20,000 nt of DNA from the IMG/VR virus record IMGVR_UViG_3300025133_000062; one strand, given 5' to 3'. The DNA is from an uncultured virus (IMG/VR IMGVR_UViG_3300025133_000062) (taxonomy: Duplodnaviria; Heunggongvirae; Uroviricota; Caudoviricetes). The position numbers were made by a program, and so were the translations under genes. The notes under the pieces are model-generated. The model saw only the letters and a list, made by a program, of their open reading frames with translations, did no database searches and was not told the DNA's origin. Below, piece after piece: positions 9,384 to 16,679 of this stretch; within the stretch, counting starts at the first letter, position 1; every line of letters starts with the position of its first letter.

Positions 9384-9851
9384 TTAACGTGAGTCAACGT
9401 AAAATAAATGCCTACCCTTCTGCGTGATTAACTTAAATTGTTTTTTCATAGACCACATGGGTCTAACATAGGATGCATGGTAGTGAGTTGCCTTATTCAG
9501 AGATGCAATAGCAGCCCCGTCCCAAAGCATTTCTGCCAGTAGTATTATTCTAAAAAGAGATTTAATATTTTTATATTTTTCTGTCTTACCATCACACCAA
9601 TAGGAAAATTGGCATTTATTTCTGATAGGATTAGTCTTCCAGTAATACCCCTGATGGACTACCCTACAAATTGTATTGGGAAATCTTTTATGCTTTACTC
9701 TGTTTAAAATTATAGTACCGACCGCTAATACACCAATATCATTTTCAGATCTTGCCTCATGATATAATGCTTCAACCAAGCACTCAAACTCGTTTGCATT
9801 AGTAGGTCTAGTAAATAAAAAGATACTTACAATTACTAATAAATATTTCAA
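9384..9851 (-). CDS. Cell wall hydrolase, SleB/Hydrolase_2 family
   Basis: CL..ALYHEARSE, LNRV....FPNTIC.VV.Q, CQFSYWC, ATHYH, G.HLFY; hydrophobic N-terminus. Confidence 0.85.
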   Translation of the reverse strand: MKYLLVIVSIFLFTRPTNANEFECLVEALYHEARSENDIGVLAVGTIILNRVKHKRFPNTICRVVHQGYYWKTNPIRNKCQFSYWCDGKTEKYKNIKSLFRIILLAEMLWDGAAIASLNKATHYHASYVRPMWSMKKQFKLITQKGRHLFYVDSR

Positions 9852-10036
9852 TGTACCCTCGCAATTATTATGTCTGAATTAAATAATGATAGCGGATGGA
9901 TATCTATAGATTCCAGATAATGGTGCGCCTCTTGTTTAGTTTTAAAAGTTTTTACTTTGTGGCCGTTATCGTCAGGCAAAATATCTATACTAAAGATATC
10001 CATTGGGTCTTCGATATGAGCAATTACAAAAACCAC
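9848..10036 (-). CDS. Hypothetical protein
   Basis: In-operon ORF with ATGA overlap. Confidence 0.55.
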   Translation of the reverse strand: MVFVIAHIEDPMDIFSIDILPDDNGHKVKTFKTKQEAHHYLESIDIHPLSLFNSDIIIARVH

Positions 10037-10085
10037 AGCCAGAACCCCCCAAATAAACTTAATAATATTAACAATATATCCATTA

Positions 10086-10268
10086 TCAGTATCCTTTCTC
10101 TTCTTTTAACCATTCTTCTATAGTTTCCATAGTGTCAGTAGTTGACCTATCGAGATAGGACATTAACTCGGAAAACAACATTAATTCCTTCTCCGCTACC
10201 GTCATACTCTTGATTTTAGCATTAACGGCGTCTTGCATTAAGTAGTCTATTTTACTTCCCATAATCAT
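10086..10268 (-). CDS. Hypothetical protein
   Basis: In-operon ORF with ATGA overlap and SD GAGG. Confidence 0.55.
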   Translation of the reverse strand: MIMGSKIDYLMQDAVNAKIKSMTVAEKELMLFSELMSYLDRSTTDTMETIEEWLKEEKGY

Positions 10269-10636
10269 ATTACCTCTCTTAATTTTGCTGGGGTTGTACC
10301 ACCAACATTCTCTCTGAGAATATCAGAGTGTTTGAGTTCTGTCCAATAAATTTCCAGAGCTTCTGTCTCTTGGTGAGCTATGAATTTATGCATCTCACCT
10401 GCCGGTACGATAGACATATCACCAGCAAACAGATGGGTACTGTCGCATAGACCGTAGTCTTTCCATCTTTGTATCTCTAGCTCACCAGAGACTACATAGA
10501 AAGCATTTATTTTGGCCTGATGTTTATGTTGTGAACAATAACCGCCCAGTTCTACCTTGATGCGGTGTATTTCCACGGCAGGGGATTGGAGTAGAGGCTC
10601 TGTGCTACCCCAGACCTTACCTTCGATGACACTCAT
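10265..10636 (-). CDS. Cupin-domain protein
   Basis: KVWG, SQHKH..K...FYVVSG, GD...VPAGEMHKF cupin motifs. Confidence 0.8.
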   Translation of the reverse strand: MSVIEGKVWGSTEPLLQSPAVEIHRIKVELGGYCSQHKHQAKINAFYVVSGELEIQRWKDYGLCDSTHLFAGDMSIVPAGEMHKFIAHQETEALEIYWTELKHSDILRENVGGTTPAKLREVI

Positions 10637-10781
10637 TTACTTCTCCTTCCAACCAATCCCATATAGATTCATAGGCATGATCCCAATTTAAAAAGTCACC
10701 ATCTTTGACTGCTTCTGTTGCCATAATCTTTACTTGATTATCATCAGCTTCAGAGCAATCTAAATTTAATATAAACTGCAT
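10617..10781 (-). CDS. Hypothetical protein (54 aa)
   Basis: Manual translation MQFILNLDCSEADDNQVKIMATEAVKDGDFLNWDHAYESIWDWLEG...; SD GAGGAG. Confidence 0.5.
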   Translation of the reverse strand: MQFILNLDCSEADDNQVKIMATEAVKDGDFLNWDHAYESIWDWLEGEVNECHRR

Positions 10782-10904
10782 TTACTTCTCCTCTTGCAAT
10801 TTCTTAATTTTTATTAAGGTTTCTTGATACTGTCTTTGCAGATCAGCTACGTTCTTTTTCAGAATATCTATCTCATTCATAGCTTTCTTTTCTTCTTCAG
10901 TCAT
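10782..10904 (-). CDS. Small coiled-coil hypothetical protein (40 aa)
   Basis: Manual translation MTEEEKKAMNEIDILKKNVADLQRQYQETLIKIKKLQEEK. Confidence 0.5.
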   Translation of the reverse strand: MTEEEKKAMNEIDILKKNVADLQRQYQETLIKIKKLQEEK

Positions 10905-11121
10905 TTTCTGAAGTCTCTGCATTCTTTTTGTTTTTAGCATCAATGCTCCACTCACCATTAGCTTTGTATGCCCAAGATCCGTATAAGGTTAAGAATTTTC
11001 GACCCAGATCCATATTCTTATCCCATGCCCATTCCCTGGCTTTCTCCTCAGTCATCCCCATCTCCAGGGCTTCTTCATAGAAGTCTTCAAGCTGTGACAT
11101 TACTCTTGCGTCTATACTCAT
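10897..11121 (-). CDS. Hypothetical protein with mosaic C-terminus
   Basis: Likely start MSIDARV at 11121 (SD AAGGAG). The C-terminal part contains copies of 17271-17303 and of the SSB gene. Confidence 0.6.
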   Translation of the reverse strand: MSIDARVMSQLEDFYEEALEMGMTEEKAREWAWDKNMDLGRKFLTLYGSWAYKANGEWSIDAKNKKNAETSEND

Positions 11122-11423
11122 TTTAATCTCCTTAATACTTTCATGTACTGGGCGATGAGCCACTCACCACCCTGATTAGAGGGCCGTTTGAATGTAGTAT
11201 AGTCTTTAATTTCAACTACATACCAAGCTCTGTTACCACCCTGCTTCAGGTGAGGAGCATTAGGCTCTACTCCTGTGTGCCATCCTGGTCTGTGAGCAAA
11301 GCCTTTGGTGGGAATATCTTCTGCTGGTAGCCACTCACCAATAGGTATTCTCTGGCTGGCACCTATGAAGAGAGGGCCAATGCTGCCATCCCTTCGTTCC
11401 TTAAATAGTTTATAGGCAATCAT
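11118..11423 (-). CDS. Phage hypothetical protein
   Basis: In-operon 101-aa ORF (AYKLF..GPLFI..GFAHRPGWH..APHL..RP..QGG.W). Confidence 0.7.
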   Translation of the reverse strand: MIAYKLFKERRDGSIGPLFIGASQRIPIGEWLPAEDIPTKGFAHRPGWHTGVEPNAPHLKQGGNRAWYVVEIKDYTTFKRPSNQGGEWLIAQYMKVLRRLK

Positions 11424-11436
11424 CTGTCTGTCTCAT

Positions 11437-11646
11437 TCATAGCTGGTCTATCTCCTTCTCCAAAGCTTCAAGTTTTCTTATTATCTCCCTCCAATCATCA
11501 TAATAAATTTTCTTATGTAATAATGTTTCACTTGGTGCATACTTCACAGATGTATGTTTTATTTTATCTATACTTGACCATAGAAGACGTTTTATTAGAG
11601 GAAGTTTACCCATCTCATAGTTACCTCTAGTTGTTTGGGATGTCAT
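11437..11646 (-). CDS. Hypothetical protein
   Basis: In-operon ORF, SD GGAG. Confidence 0.55.
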   Translation of the reverse strand: MTSQTTRGNYEMGKLPLIKRLLWSSIDKIKHTSVKYAPSETLLHKKIYYDDWREIIRKLEALEKEIDQL

Positions 11647-11873
11647 AGTATTTCTCCATTAAAAGTATCTAACCTACCTGGTCCATTTCTTTCATGATAC
11701 TTTATCATAGCTCTCTCCATCACTTTCCATTGCTGCATCAAAAGTTTTTTCTTAGCATCTTTACCAAAAAGATGCACCCATTTTCGGCCCTTCTTGACAG
11801 TTACCTTGCGCCAACCAGAACCAATCCTGGGTGCTTCATCTTTAAAATATATTAAATGTTCTTTTGTTTTCAT
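11643..11873 (-). CDS. Hypothetical protein
   Basis: In-operon basic ORF. Confidence 0.6.
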   Translation of the reverse strand: MKTKEHLIYFKDEAPRIGSGWRKVTVKKGRKWVHLFGKDAKKKLLMQQWKVMERAMIKYHERNGPGRLDTFNGEIL

Positions 11874-11877
11874 TATA

Positions 11878-12825
11878 TTAAGCAGCCACCTGCGTCAATC
11901 CCAGCCAAGCATCAGAAGCCAGCATCTTTCTGACCCTGTCTTCTCTTGTTACTCTAACATTGTGGTTGCTACCTGTCTTGCTCTTAGGATGGCTAGACCA
12001 ATGGGTAGCGGCGTTGTATGCTGACCAGAGTGTACCAATACTTCGCTTGCTATAGCCTTCATAAGCACCTTTACCATGCAGATGCCGGTTCTCTTCATCA
12101 AAGATTTTCATTAGGTTGGAAAGCATAACCTTATTAGCAACCTTCTTTCTGCTAACATTATCAGTACGTTGTGCCAGAGTTTCAGTAAATAAATTGATAG
12201 CCTGATCTCTTGTGACCTTGGTATTATACCAATCCCTCATTTGATTCAGACCAGAGCCAGAGATAAACTCGCCAGCATTCTGTATCTTTCCGGCAAAGGC
12301 ACCCACGTTGAAATTCTTGGTGTGTCTGCCATAGACATAGGCCAGCTTGTCGCCAGATACTAAAGTATTATAACAGAAGCTACGCCACATCCCCATCATA
12401 CCATTGTTAGCCCATGTTCTGTTATGAGAAGTCCTGAACACAAACTCAGGTATTATTGGATCTTTGCCATCATCTTGCATAGCTACCTGATGAGCCGGAA
12501 ACCAAGCTCTTAACTCCAGCCTAGCACCATTATCATAGACACTAGTATTAAACCTAGCATCAGTCATATCCATTTGAGCAAGGTGAAGAGCCTCTTCCAC
12601 TCCCTCAACAATCTCACTGTACTGCACAGGTTGGTAGTCTGCGGAAACAATACCAAGTACTTCTTTAGTATCTTTTCTGCGGATACCCATTCCGATATTG
12701 GCAGGAATTGAGGCAGTTTCCTCCGGCCACGCAAAGGTGGTATGCTCCGGTCCGATTTTCGGACGCCAAGTATGGTTTAGTTCAATCTTCTCTACTTCAA
12801 AATCAATTTTATCTTTATCAAACAT
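11878..12825 (-). CDS. DUF932-like phage/plasmid protein
   Basis: R.DT..VLGIVS..Y.PVQ, SHN, R..C.N.L, RHT, GTLW.AYNA.T motifs. Confidence 0.7.
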   Translation of the reverse strand: MFDKDKIDFEVEKIELNHTWRPKIGPEHTTFAWPEETASIPANIGMGIRRKDTKEVLGIVSADYQPVQYSEIVEGVEEALHLAQMDMTDARFNTSVYDNGARLELRAWFPAHQVAMQDDGKDPIIPEFVFRTSHNRTWANNGMMGMWRSFCYNTLVSGDKLAYVYGRHTKNFNVGAFAGKIQNAGEFISGSGLNQMRDWYNTKVTRDQAINLFTETLAQRTDNVSRKKVANKVMLSNLMKIFDEENRHLHGKGAYEGYSKRSIGTLWSAYNAATHWSSHPKSKTGSNHNVRVTREDRVRKMLASDAWLGLTQVAA

Positions 12826-12844
12826 CGTATGTACCTCTCATTGT

Positions 12845-12929
12845 GCCAGCCGTCAAAGCCCGACCAGCTTGGCTTTAATTAATCATCTTAGTTAGTTCGT
12901 TAGTACTCACTAACTAAGATGATTAATTA
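12845..12929 (-). repeat. Composite element copy 2: hairpin (12876-12929) plus pseudoknot (12845-12874)
   Basis: 21-bp perfect inverted repeat around GA-GT-ACTA-AC-GA, then AGCC-AA-GCTGGTCG-GGCT-TTGA-CGGCTGGC. Confidence 0.8.
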
Positions 12930-13120
12930 TCATAAAAGTTTTCATAGCCCTCAGACAGGGATTTCATTTCAGACAGGAGCCAGCCATTGAGTTCATGTAT
13001 ATCAAGATCAGACCCACACATCTCTATAAATTCCTCAACCATAGGTCTACACCATGTGTCACCTTCCTGATTGAGAAATAGTTTTACATCTTCTATCGTT
13101 TCAAATGTTGGTAACTGCAT
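12923..13120 (-). CDS. Hypothetical protein
   Basis: SD AAGGAG; stop lies inside the hairpin arm. Confidence 0.6.
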   Translation of the reverse strand: MQLPTFETIEDVKLFLNQEGDTWCRPMVEEFIEMCGSDLDIHELNGWLLSEMKSLSEGYENFYDN

Positions 13121-13121
13121 T

Positions 13122-13364
13122 TTACTGCTCCTTTATCCCACAATAATCTTTAATAATAAATTCTCTGGCTACCTTCATTCCAGGCTCACCGTATTTATTA
13201 CTTATTTCTTTTAGGATTTCTGTCATAACCCATCCCCTTTTAATACTGGCTTTTCCTTTAACCATTAAAGCCAGTACATCCTCTGTAATATTATCAGTCA
13301 TAGCATTTCTCCTTATGTTTATCTTTACGCCGGTAACTGCCTCTGCCTTTCTTTGCAGCAACAA
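13122..13364 (-). CDS. Hypothetical protein (true start probably MTDNIT, about 13301)
   Basis: SD AAGGAGA before MTDNIT. Confidence 0.55.
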   Translation of the reverse strand: MLLQRKAEAVTGVKINIRRNAMTDNITEDVLALMVKGKASIKRGWVMTEILKEISNKYGEPGMKVAREFIIKDYCGIKEQ

Positions 13365-13536
13365 TCTGATTACTTAGTTTTCGTAACGTCCTCCAATAAG
13401 GAGAGCGTTTCTTAAAAAATCCCTTTTTATTTACCATAATATAAACACTCCATATACCAGAAAAAATAGAATAAGAAAAATGTTTGCGAAAATGAGAGCA
13501 AAAAATAATATATCTTTCATTGGTCAGTTCCTTAAT

Positions 13537-13565
13537 ATACTAGCATATCTATGCTAGTATGTCAA
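13537..13565 (-). promoter_or_regulatory. Sigma70-type promoter with a palindrome across the spacer
   Basis: TTGACA-tactagcatagatatgc(17)-TAGTAT, with extended -10 TG. Confidence 0.6.
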
Positions 13566-13707
13566 TAGTCGGTTGTTTAGTACCCAACCACTCATAGGTG
13601 AGTGGAGCTTTAAAGTTAAGCACCTTAAACATCTTTAGTTGGTCGTCTAATGTTTTGTAATTTGGTGTTGTAAAAACTATTTCATCTTTGTATTTTATTA
13701 TCCACAT
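13549..13707 (-). CDS. Hypothetical protein
   Basis: Start MWIIK at 13707 with SD AAAGGAGA. Confidence 0.55.
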   Translation of the reverse strand: MWIIKYKDEIVFTTPNYKTLDDQLKMFKVLNFKAPLTYEWLGTKQPTIDILA

Positions 13708-13760
13708 TTTATTTCTCCTTTCACGGTTAATGTATATCATATTTAAATAATAAAGTCAAT

Positions 13761-13928
13761 CTACAAAAACCCCTTAGTTAAAGATTTTAGTTCGTTGAAT
13801 ACCATTTCAAACCTTGGATTGTTTTTATTTCTACTAGCTAAATTTCTTAACAGCCATCTAATATTAGAAGGATTGTCCAAATCTTTCCGACTCTCAGGTA
13901 CATCAAAATCTTTTAAATTAATGGTCAT
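13761..13928 (-). CDS. Hypothetical protein
   Basis: Start MTINLK at 13928 with SD AGGAGA. Confidence 0.6.
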   Translation of the reverse strand: MTINLKDFDVPESRKDLDNPSNIRWLLRNLASRNKNNPRFEMVFNELKSLTKGFL

Positions 13929-13939
13929 TTTATTTCTCC

Positions 13940-13985
13940 TAAAAAAGTACTGTAACAGGATCAACTCTAACCCTGTTACAGTACT
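13940..13985 (-). terminator. Terminator-like long hairpin
   Basis: AGTACTGTAACAGGGTTA-GAGT-TGATCCTGTTACAGTACT followed by a T-run. Confidence 0.55.
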
Positions 13986-13992
13986 ATCAAGG

Positions 13993-14178
13993 TTAGAGCG
14001 ACAGGACCGGCATAGATTTCTCACCAAATCTTTTCGGCGGGTAGAACATTTCTATATATAGTGACCGCTTTCTAAAATGTATACCCAGAAAGCTATCGCC
14101 TACTGAAAAGCCGTACCTGTTTTTGTTCTTGCGAATTTCTTTACTACCAAATACACCTGTCTTATTAATTATCTGCAT
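13993..14178 (-). CDS. Hypothetical protein
   Basis: SD AGGAGA; basic 61-aa ORF. Confidence 0.6.
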   Translation of the reverse strand: MQIINKTGVFGSKEIRKNKNRYGFSVGDSFLGIHFRKRSLYIEMFYPPKRFGEKSMPVLSL

Positions 14179-14193
14179 GTTGCTTCTCCTATT

Positions 14194-14424
14194 CTATGGT
14201 TGGTAAAACACTGTTGAATTTGCTTCCATTTTAAATTTAATAGTTTTTTCTATATCATGGAGTGCTTGTAGCTTGAATTCAGGCTTTATGTATTCTTGTT
14301 GAATTAATGTATCTACAAGAGCCATTGATAATCCAATTGCTGTTAGACAATCAGGATATTCCTGTTCAGGTTCTTCAGGATTGTTTTCTCGACGTTCAAT
14401 GTCGAGATCACTCATTCGCCCCAT
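14194..14424 (-). CDS. Hypothetical protein
   Basis: Likely start MGRMSD at 14424 after AAAGGA. Confidence 0.6.
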   Translation of the reverse strand: MGRMSDLDIERRENNPEEPEQEYPDCLTAIGLSMALVDTLIQQEYIKPEFKLQALHDIEKTIKFKMEANSTVFYQP

Positions 14425-14445
14425 TTTCCATTTCCTTTCTAGAAT

Positions 14446-14528
14446 AATGTTGACATGGCCCAACATCTTGGCCTCTTAATATACTATTTAGTTAGTTCGT
14501 TAGTACTCACTAACTAAATAGTGTATTA
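14446..14528 (-). repeat. Composite element copy 3: hairpin (14477-14528) plus pseudoknot (14446-14473)
   Basis: 20-bp inverted repeat (1 mismatch) around GA-GT-ACTA-AC-GA, then GGCC-AA-GATGTTG-GGCC-ATGT-CAACATT. Confidence 0.85.
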
Positions 14529-15158
14529 GTGTTTTGGGTAACTCACATTTTTAATTCTTTTATCCCAACAGGCACGGCATAGACCGCAAGCATTGCCTCT
14601 AATCCTAGCCTTGCATTCAAAGCCCAGCGGCTCACTATTCCGGTGAACAGTACTGGTATTTTTAAATGCTTTAGACGGTTTGCCATCTATCATGGGTGCC
14701 GATACCCTGACAATCAGGTTGGCTGGCAAAGTATTAGTCTTTAAATACTTTGTATAGATACTATACTCTTTTGTAGGTAGCCAGTGTTTTACTTTGGGTG
14801 TTTGTCTAGCTACCTCTGCTATTGCTAATAGCATTTCCATTGACTGTAAATCACCAGAATCAAACCATCTATGATAGCCATCGGCAGCGTATCTTTTAAT
14901 CTGAAAGACCATAGCATCTATCCAGTTGCTGGTATTAGAAACCTTCCACTTGAATAGATTCTTTTTATATCCTTTGTCTACGCTGGGACGTAGGTTCTGG
15001 AGTCTTCTCATATTACACTGCTCACAGATAGAACCCTCTACCTTTTCAAGTTTTGATCCTGTCAGACAAGCAAAGGCATCCACGGCATAGGTAGTTCCAG
15101 GCATCTTTGTATTGCCTAGACTTATCTTGCCGTATTCTTGGCTTTCTTTTACTAGCAT
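14526..15158 (-). CDS. GP88-like Cys-rich phage protein
   Basis: KMPG, C..GSKL....GS.C..C, RWFDSGD, HWLPTKE, PANL.VRVS, C...C..CRACW, VSY..H. Confidence 0.65.
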   Translation of the reverse strand: MLVKESQEYGKISLGNTKMPGTTYAVDAFACLTGSKLEKVEGSICEQCNMRRLQNLRPSVDKGYKKNLFKWKVSNTSNWIDAMVFQIKRYAADGYHRWFDSGDLQSMEMLLAIAEVARQTPKVKHWLPTKEYSIYTKYLKTNTLPANLIVRVSAPMIDGKPSKAFKNTSTVHRNSEPLGFECKARIRGNACGLCRACWDKRIKNVSYPKH

Positions 15159-15170
15159 TTTACTTCCTTT

Positions 15171-15320
15171 CTATAGTAAACTAAGTGATGCCGGGAACAC
15201 AGTGTCTGTTCTGTTGATTTTCTTTTTACTTTGCCAAACCCGCCTTTTGAAAAAATATATTGTTATTATTCTATATTTTATTCCCCGGTGCCGTTCAAGG
15301 TGTCGTCTGTACATAATCAT
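15171..15320 (-). CDS. Small basic hypothetical protein (49 aa)
   Basis: Manual translation MIMYRRHLERHRGIKYRIITIYFFKRRVW...; SD AAAGGAGA. Confidence 0.5.
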   Translation of the reverse strand: MIMYRRHLERHRGIKYRIITIYFFKRRVWQSKKKINRTDTVFPASLSLL

Positions 15321-15350
15321 TTCACTTCTCCTTTCTTTCAAAATAATCTC

Positions 15351-15394
15351 TTAATGAAGTAGCCCAGATTAATTAATCTGAGCTACTCTGTTAA
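15351..15394 (-). repeat. Second-family intergenic hairpin (B2)
   Basis: TTAACAGAGTAGCT-CAGATTAATTAATCTG-GGCTACT; shares arms with 16631-16679. Confidence 0.65.
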
Positions 15395-15403
15395 AAGATT
15401 AAG

Positions 15404-15619
15404 TTAAGCGGCTTTGTGATCAAAATCTTCAGGCACATTTTCTTTATTCTTTATGACCGGGCTAACCTTTCCAGAGGGGTGTTTAATCCAGATCGGAAAT
15501 CCACTTTCAAGAGCTTTATCATAAGCTTTCCTGTCGCCTTCCTCTGTGTGTTGGAGATTATAGACTTTATTTTTATTCGTATTGAGTGCAACAAATTGAA
15601 CTTCTTTGCGATTTGACAT
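15404..15619 (-). CDS. Hypothetical protein
   Basis: Start MSNRKE at 15619 with SD AAAGGA. Confidence 0.6.
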   Translation of the reverse strand: MSNRKEVQFVALNTNKNKVYNLQHTEEGDRKAYDKALESGFPIWIKHPSGKVSPVIKNKENVPEDFDHKAA

Positions 15620-15631
15620 AATATTATGTCC

Positions 15632-15730
15632 TTTCCTTATGTTGGTATCATGGGCTACCAACTTGCCCTTCTTAATTAAGTTATTTAGTTAGTTCGTTAA
15701 TACTCACTAACTAAATAACTTATTAAACTA
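15632..15730 (-). repeat. 99-bp direct repeat = composite element copy 4 (hairpin 15677-15722, pseudoknot 15641-15668)
   Basis: Identical to 15981-16079; GGGC-AA-GTTGGTA-GCCC-ATGA-TACCAAC. Confidence 0.9.
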
Positions 15731-15897
15731 ACTAAATAACTGGCAATTGAATTCTCAAATTTGCGATAATTTCTATATAATTTATTCTTAAAGTAATCAA
15801 AGTTCCCTTCGGAATACATATACATCCAGTTATCAGGTTCATCTAGACCTTTATTTATTGCATTAATAAAAGCCTGTTTTGGATCGCTTGTATACAT
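15697..15897 (-). CDS. Hypothetical protein
   Basis: SD AGGAGG; C-terminus SLISYLVSEY is encoded by the repeat. Confidence 0.6.
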   Translation of the reverse strand: MYTSDPKQAFINAINKGLDEPDNWMYMYSEGNFDYFKNKLYRNYRKFENSIASYLVSLISYLVSEY

Positions 15898-15974
15898 TAG
15901 AAACCTCCTATGATCAAGACAAACAAAAGAAAAATCAAGTTGCTAATAAATAACAAAGTATTTAGTATTAGCAT
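15897..15974 (-). CDS. Tiny hydrophobic peptide (25 aa)
   Basis: MLILNTLLFISNLIFLLFVLIIGGF; SD AAGGA; TAATG coupling to the next ORF. Confidence 0.45.
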   Translation of the reverse strand: MLILNTLLFISNLIFLLFVLIIGGF

Positions 15975-15980
15975 TTTATA

Positions 15981-16079
15981 TTTCCTTATGTTGGTATCAT
16001 GGGCTACCAACTTGCCCTTCTTAATTAAGTTATTTAGTTAGTTCGTTAATACTCACTAACTAAATAACTTATTAAACTA
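15981..16079 (-). repeat. 99-bp direct repeat = composite element copy 5 (hairpin 16026-16071, pseudoknot 15990-16017)
   Basis: Identical to 15632-15730. Confidence 0.9.
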
Positions 16080-16228
16080 CCTATACCGGCCACTATACAG
16101 CCGGTTATAGCTAAACTGTGCATATCGCTCCACTTTTCCGGTGCCATGACCCCAACGGCGGCACCTATAATTAGCAAAGCCCCGCATAGAAACGAATTTA
16201 CTAAAGATAGTAATTTCATTACTTCCAT
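16046..16228 (-). CDS. Small membrane protein (two hydrophobic segments)
   Basis: Hydrophobic ORF; C-terminus SLISYLVSEY is encoded by the repeat. Confidence 0.55.
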   Translation of the reverse strand: MEVMKLLSLVNSFLCGALLIIGAAVGVMAPEKWSDMHSLAITGCIVAGIGSLISYLVSEY

Positions 16229-16250
16229 CCTTCCACAAAGTTAAAGAAAT

Positions 16251-16448
16251 TTAGTCGATAGGAAACAACTCATCCCACTCTTCTGGAGTGGCACCCGTCA
16301 TTAAAAACTCTCTGTCATCAGCAGAAAGAGTAGGCATGGCGTCCTGAATAAGAGTTCCAGAATCCCAATCATCAAGCTCTGCTTGGGTGACAGGGATTTC
16401 ACGGGTGTGAGTATTTTTGGTGAACTTGGAAATTTTCGTAATCTGCAT
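16251..16448 (-). CDS. Phage hypothetical protein
   Basis: SD AAAGGAG; G.LIQDAMP.LSADDREFLMTG.TPEEW. Confidence 0.7.
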   Translation of the reverse strand: MQITKISKFTKNTHTREIPVTQAELDDWDSGTLIQDAMPTLSADDREFLMTGATPEEWDELFPID

Positions 16449-16630
16449 AGCATAGTCTCCTTTGTTAATTAAAAGCCGCCTTTAATAAGTGTGTAGTCGC
16501 AGGTCTACTCGCCCCTTGGCCTCACATCGGCTCAACTATACATTGATCTATGAGGTTGCACCCTCTCCATCCATGCTGCCACATAGACATAGTAGGGAGG
16601 GTCACTATGCCGCTGTTTTTGTGGTAAAAT

Positions 16631-16679
16631 TTAATTAATCGAGTAGCCTGGAAAGTATCCAAGCTACTCTGTTAATTAA
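16631..16679 (-). repeat. Second-family intergenic hairpin (B1)
   Basis: TTAATTAA-CA-GAGTAGCTTGGA-TACTT-TCCAGGCTACTC-GA-TTAATTAA; overlaps the stop of the upstream ORF. Confidence 0.7.
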
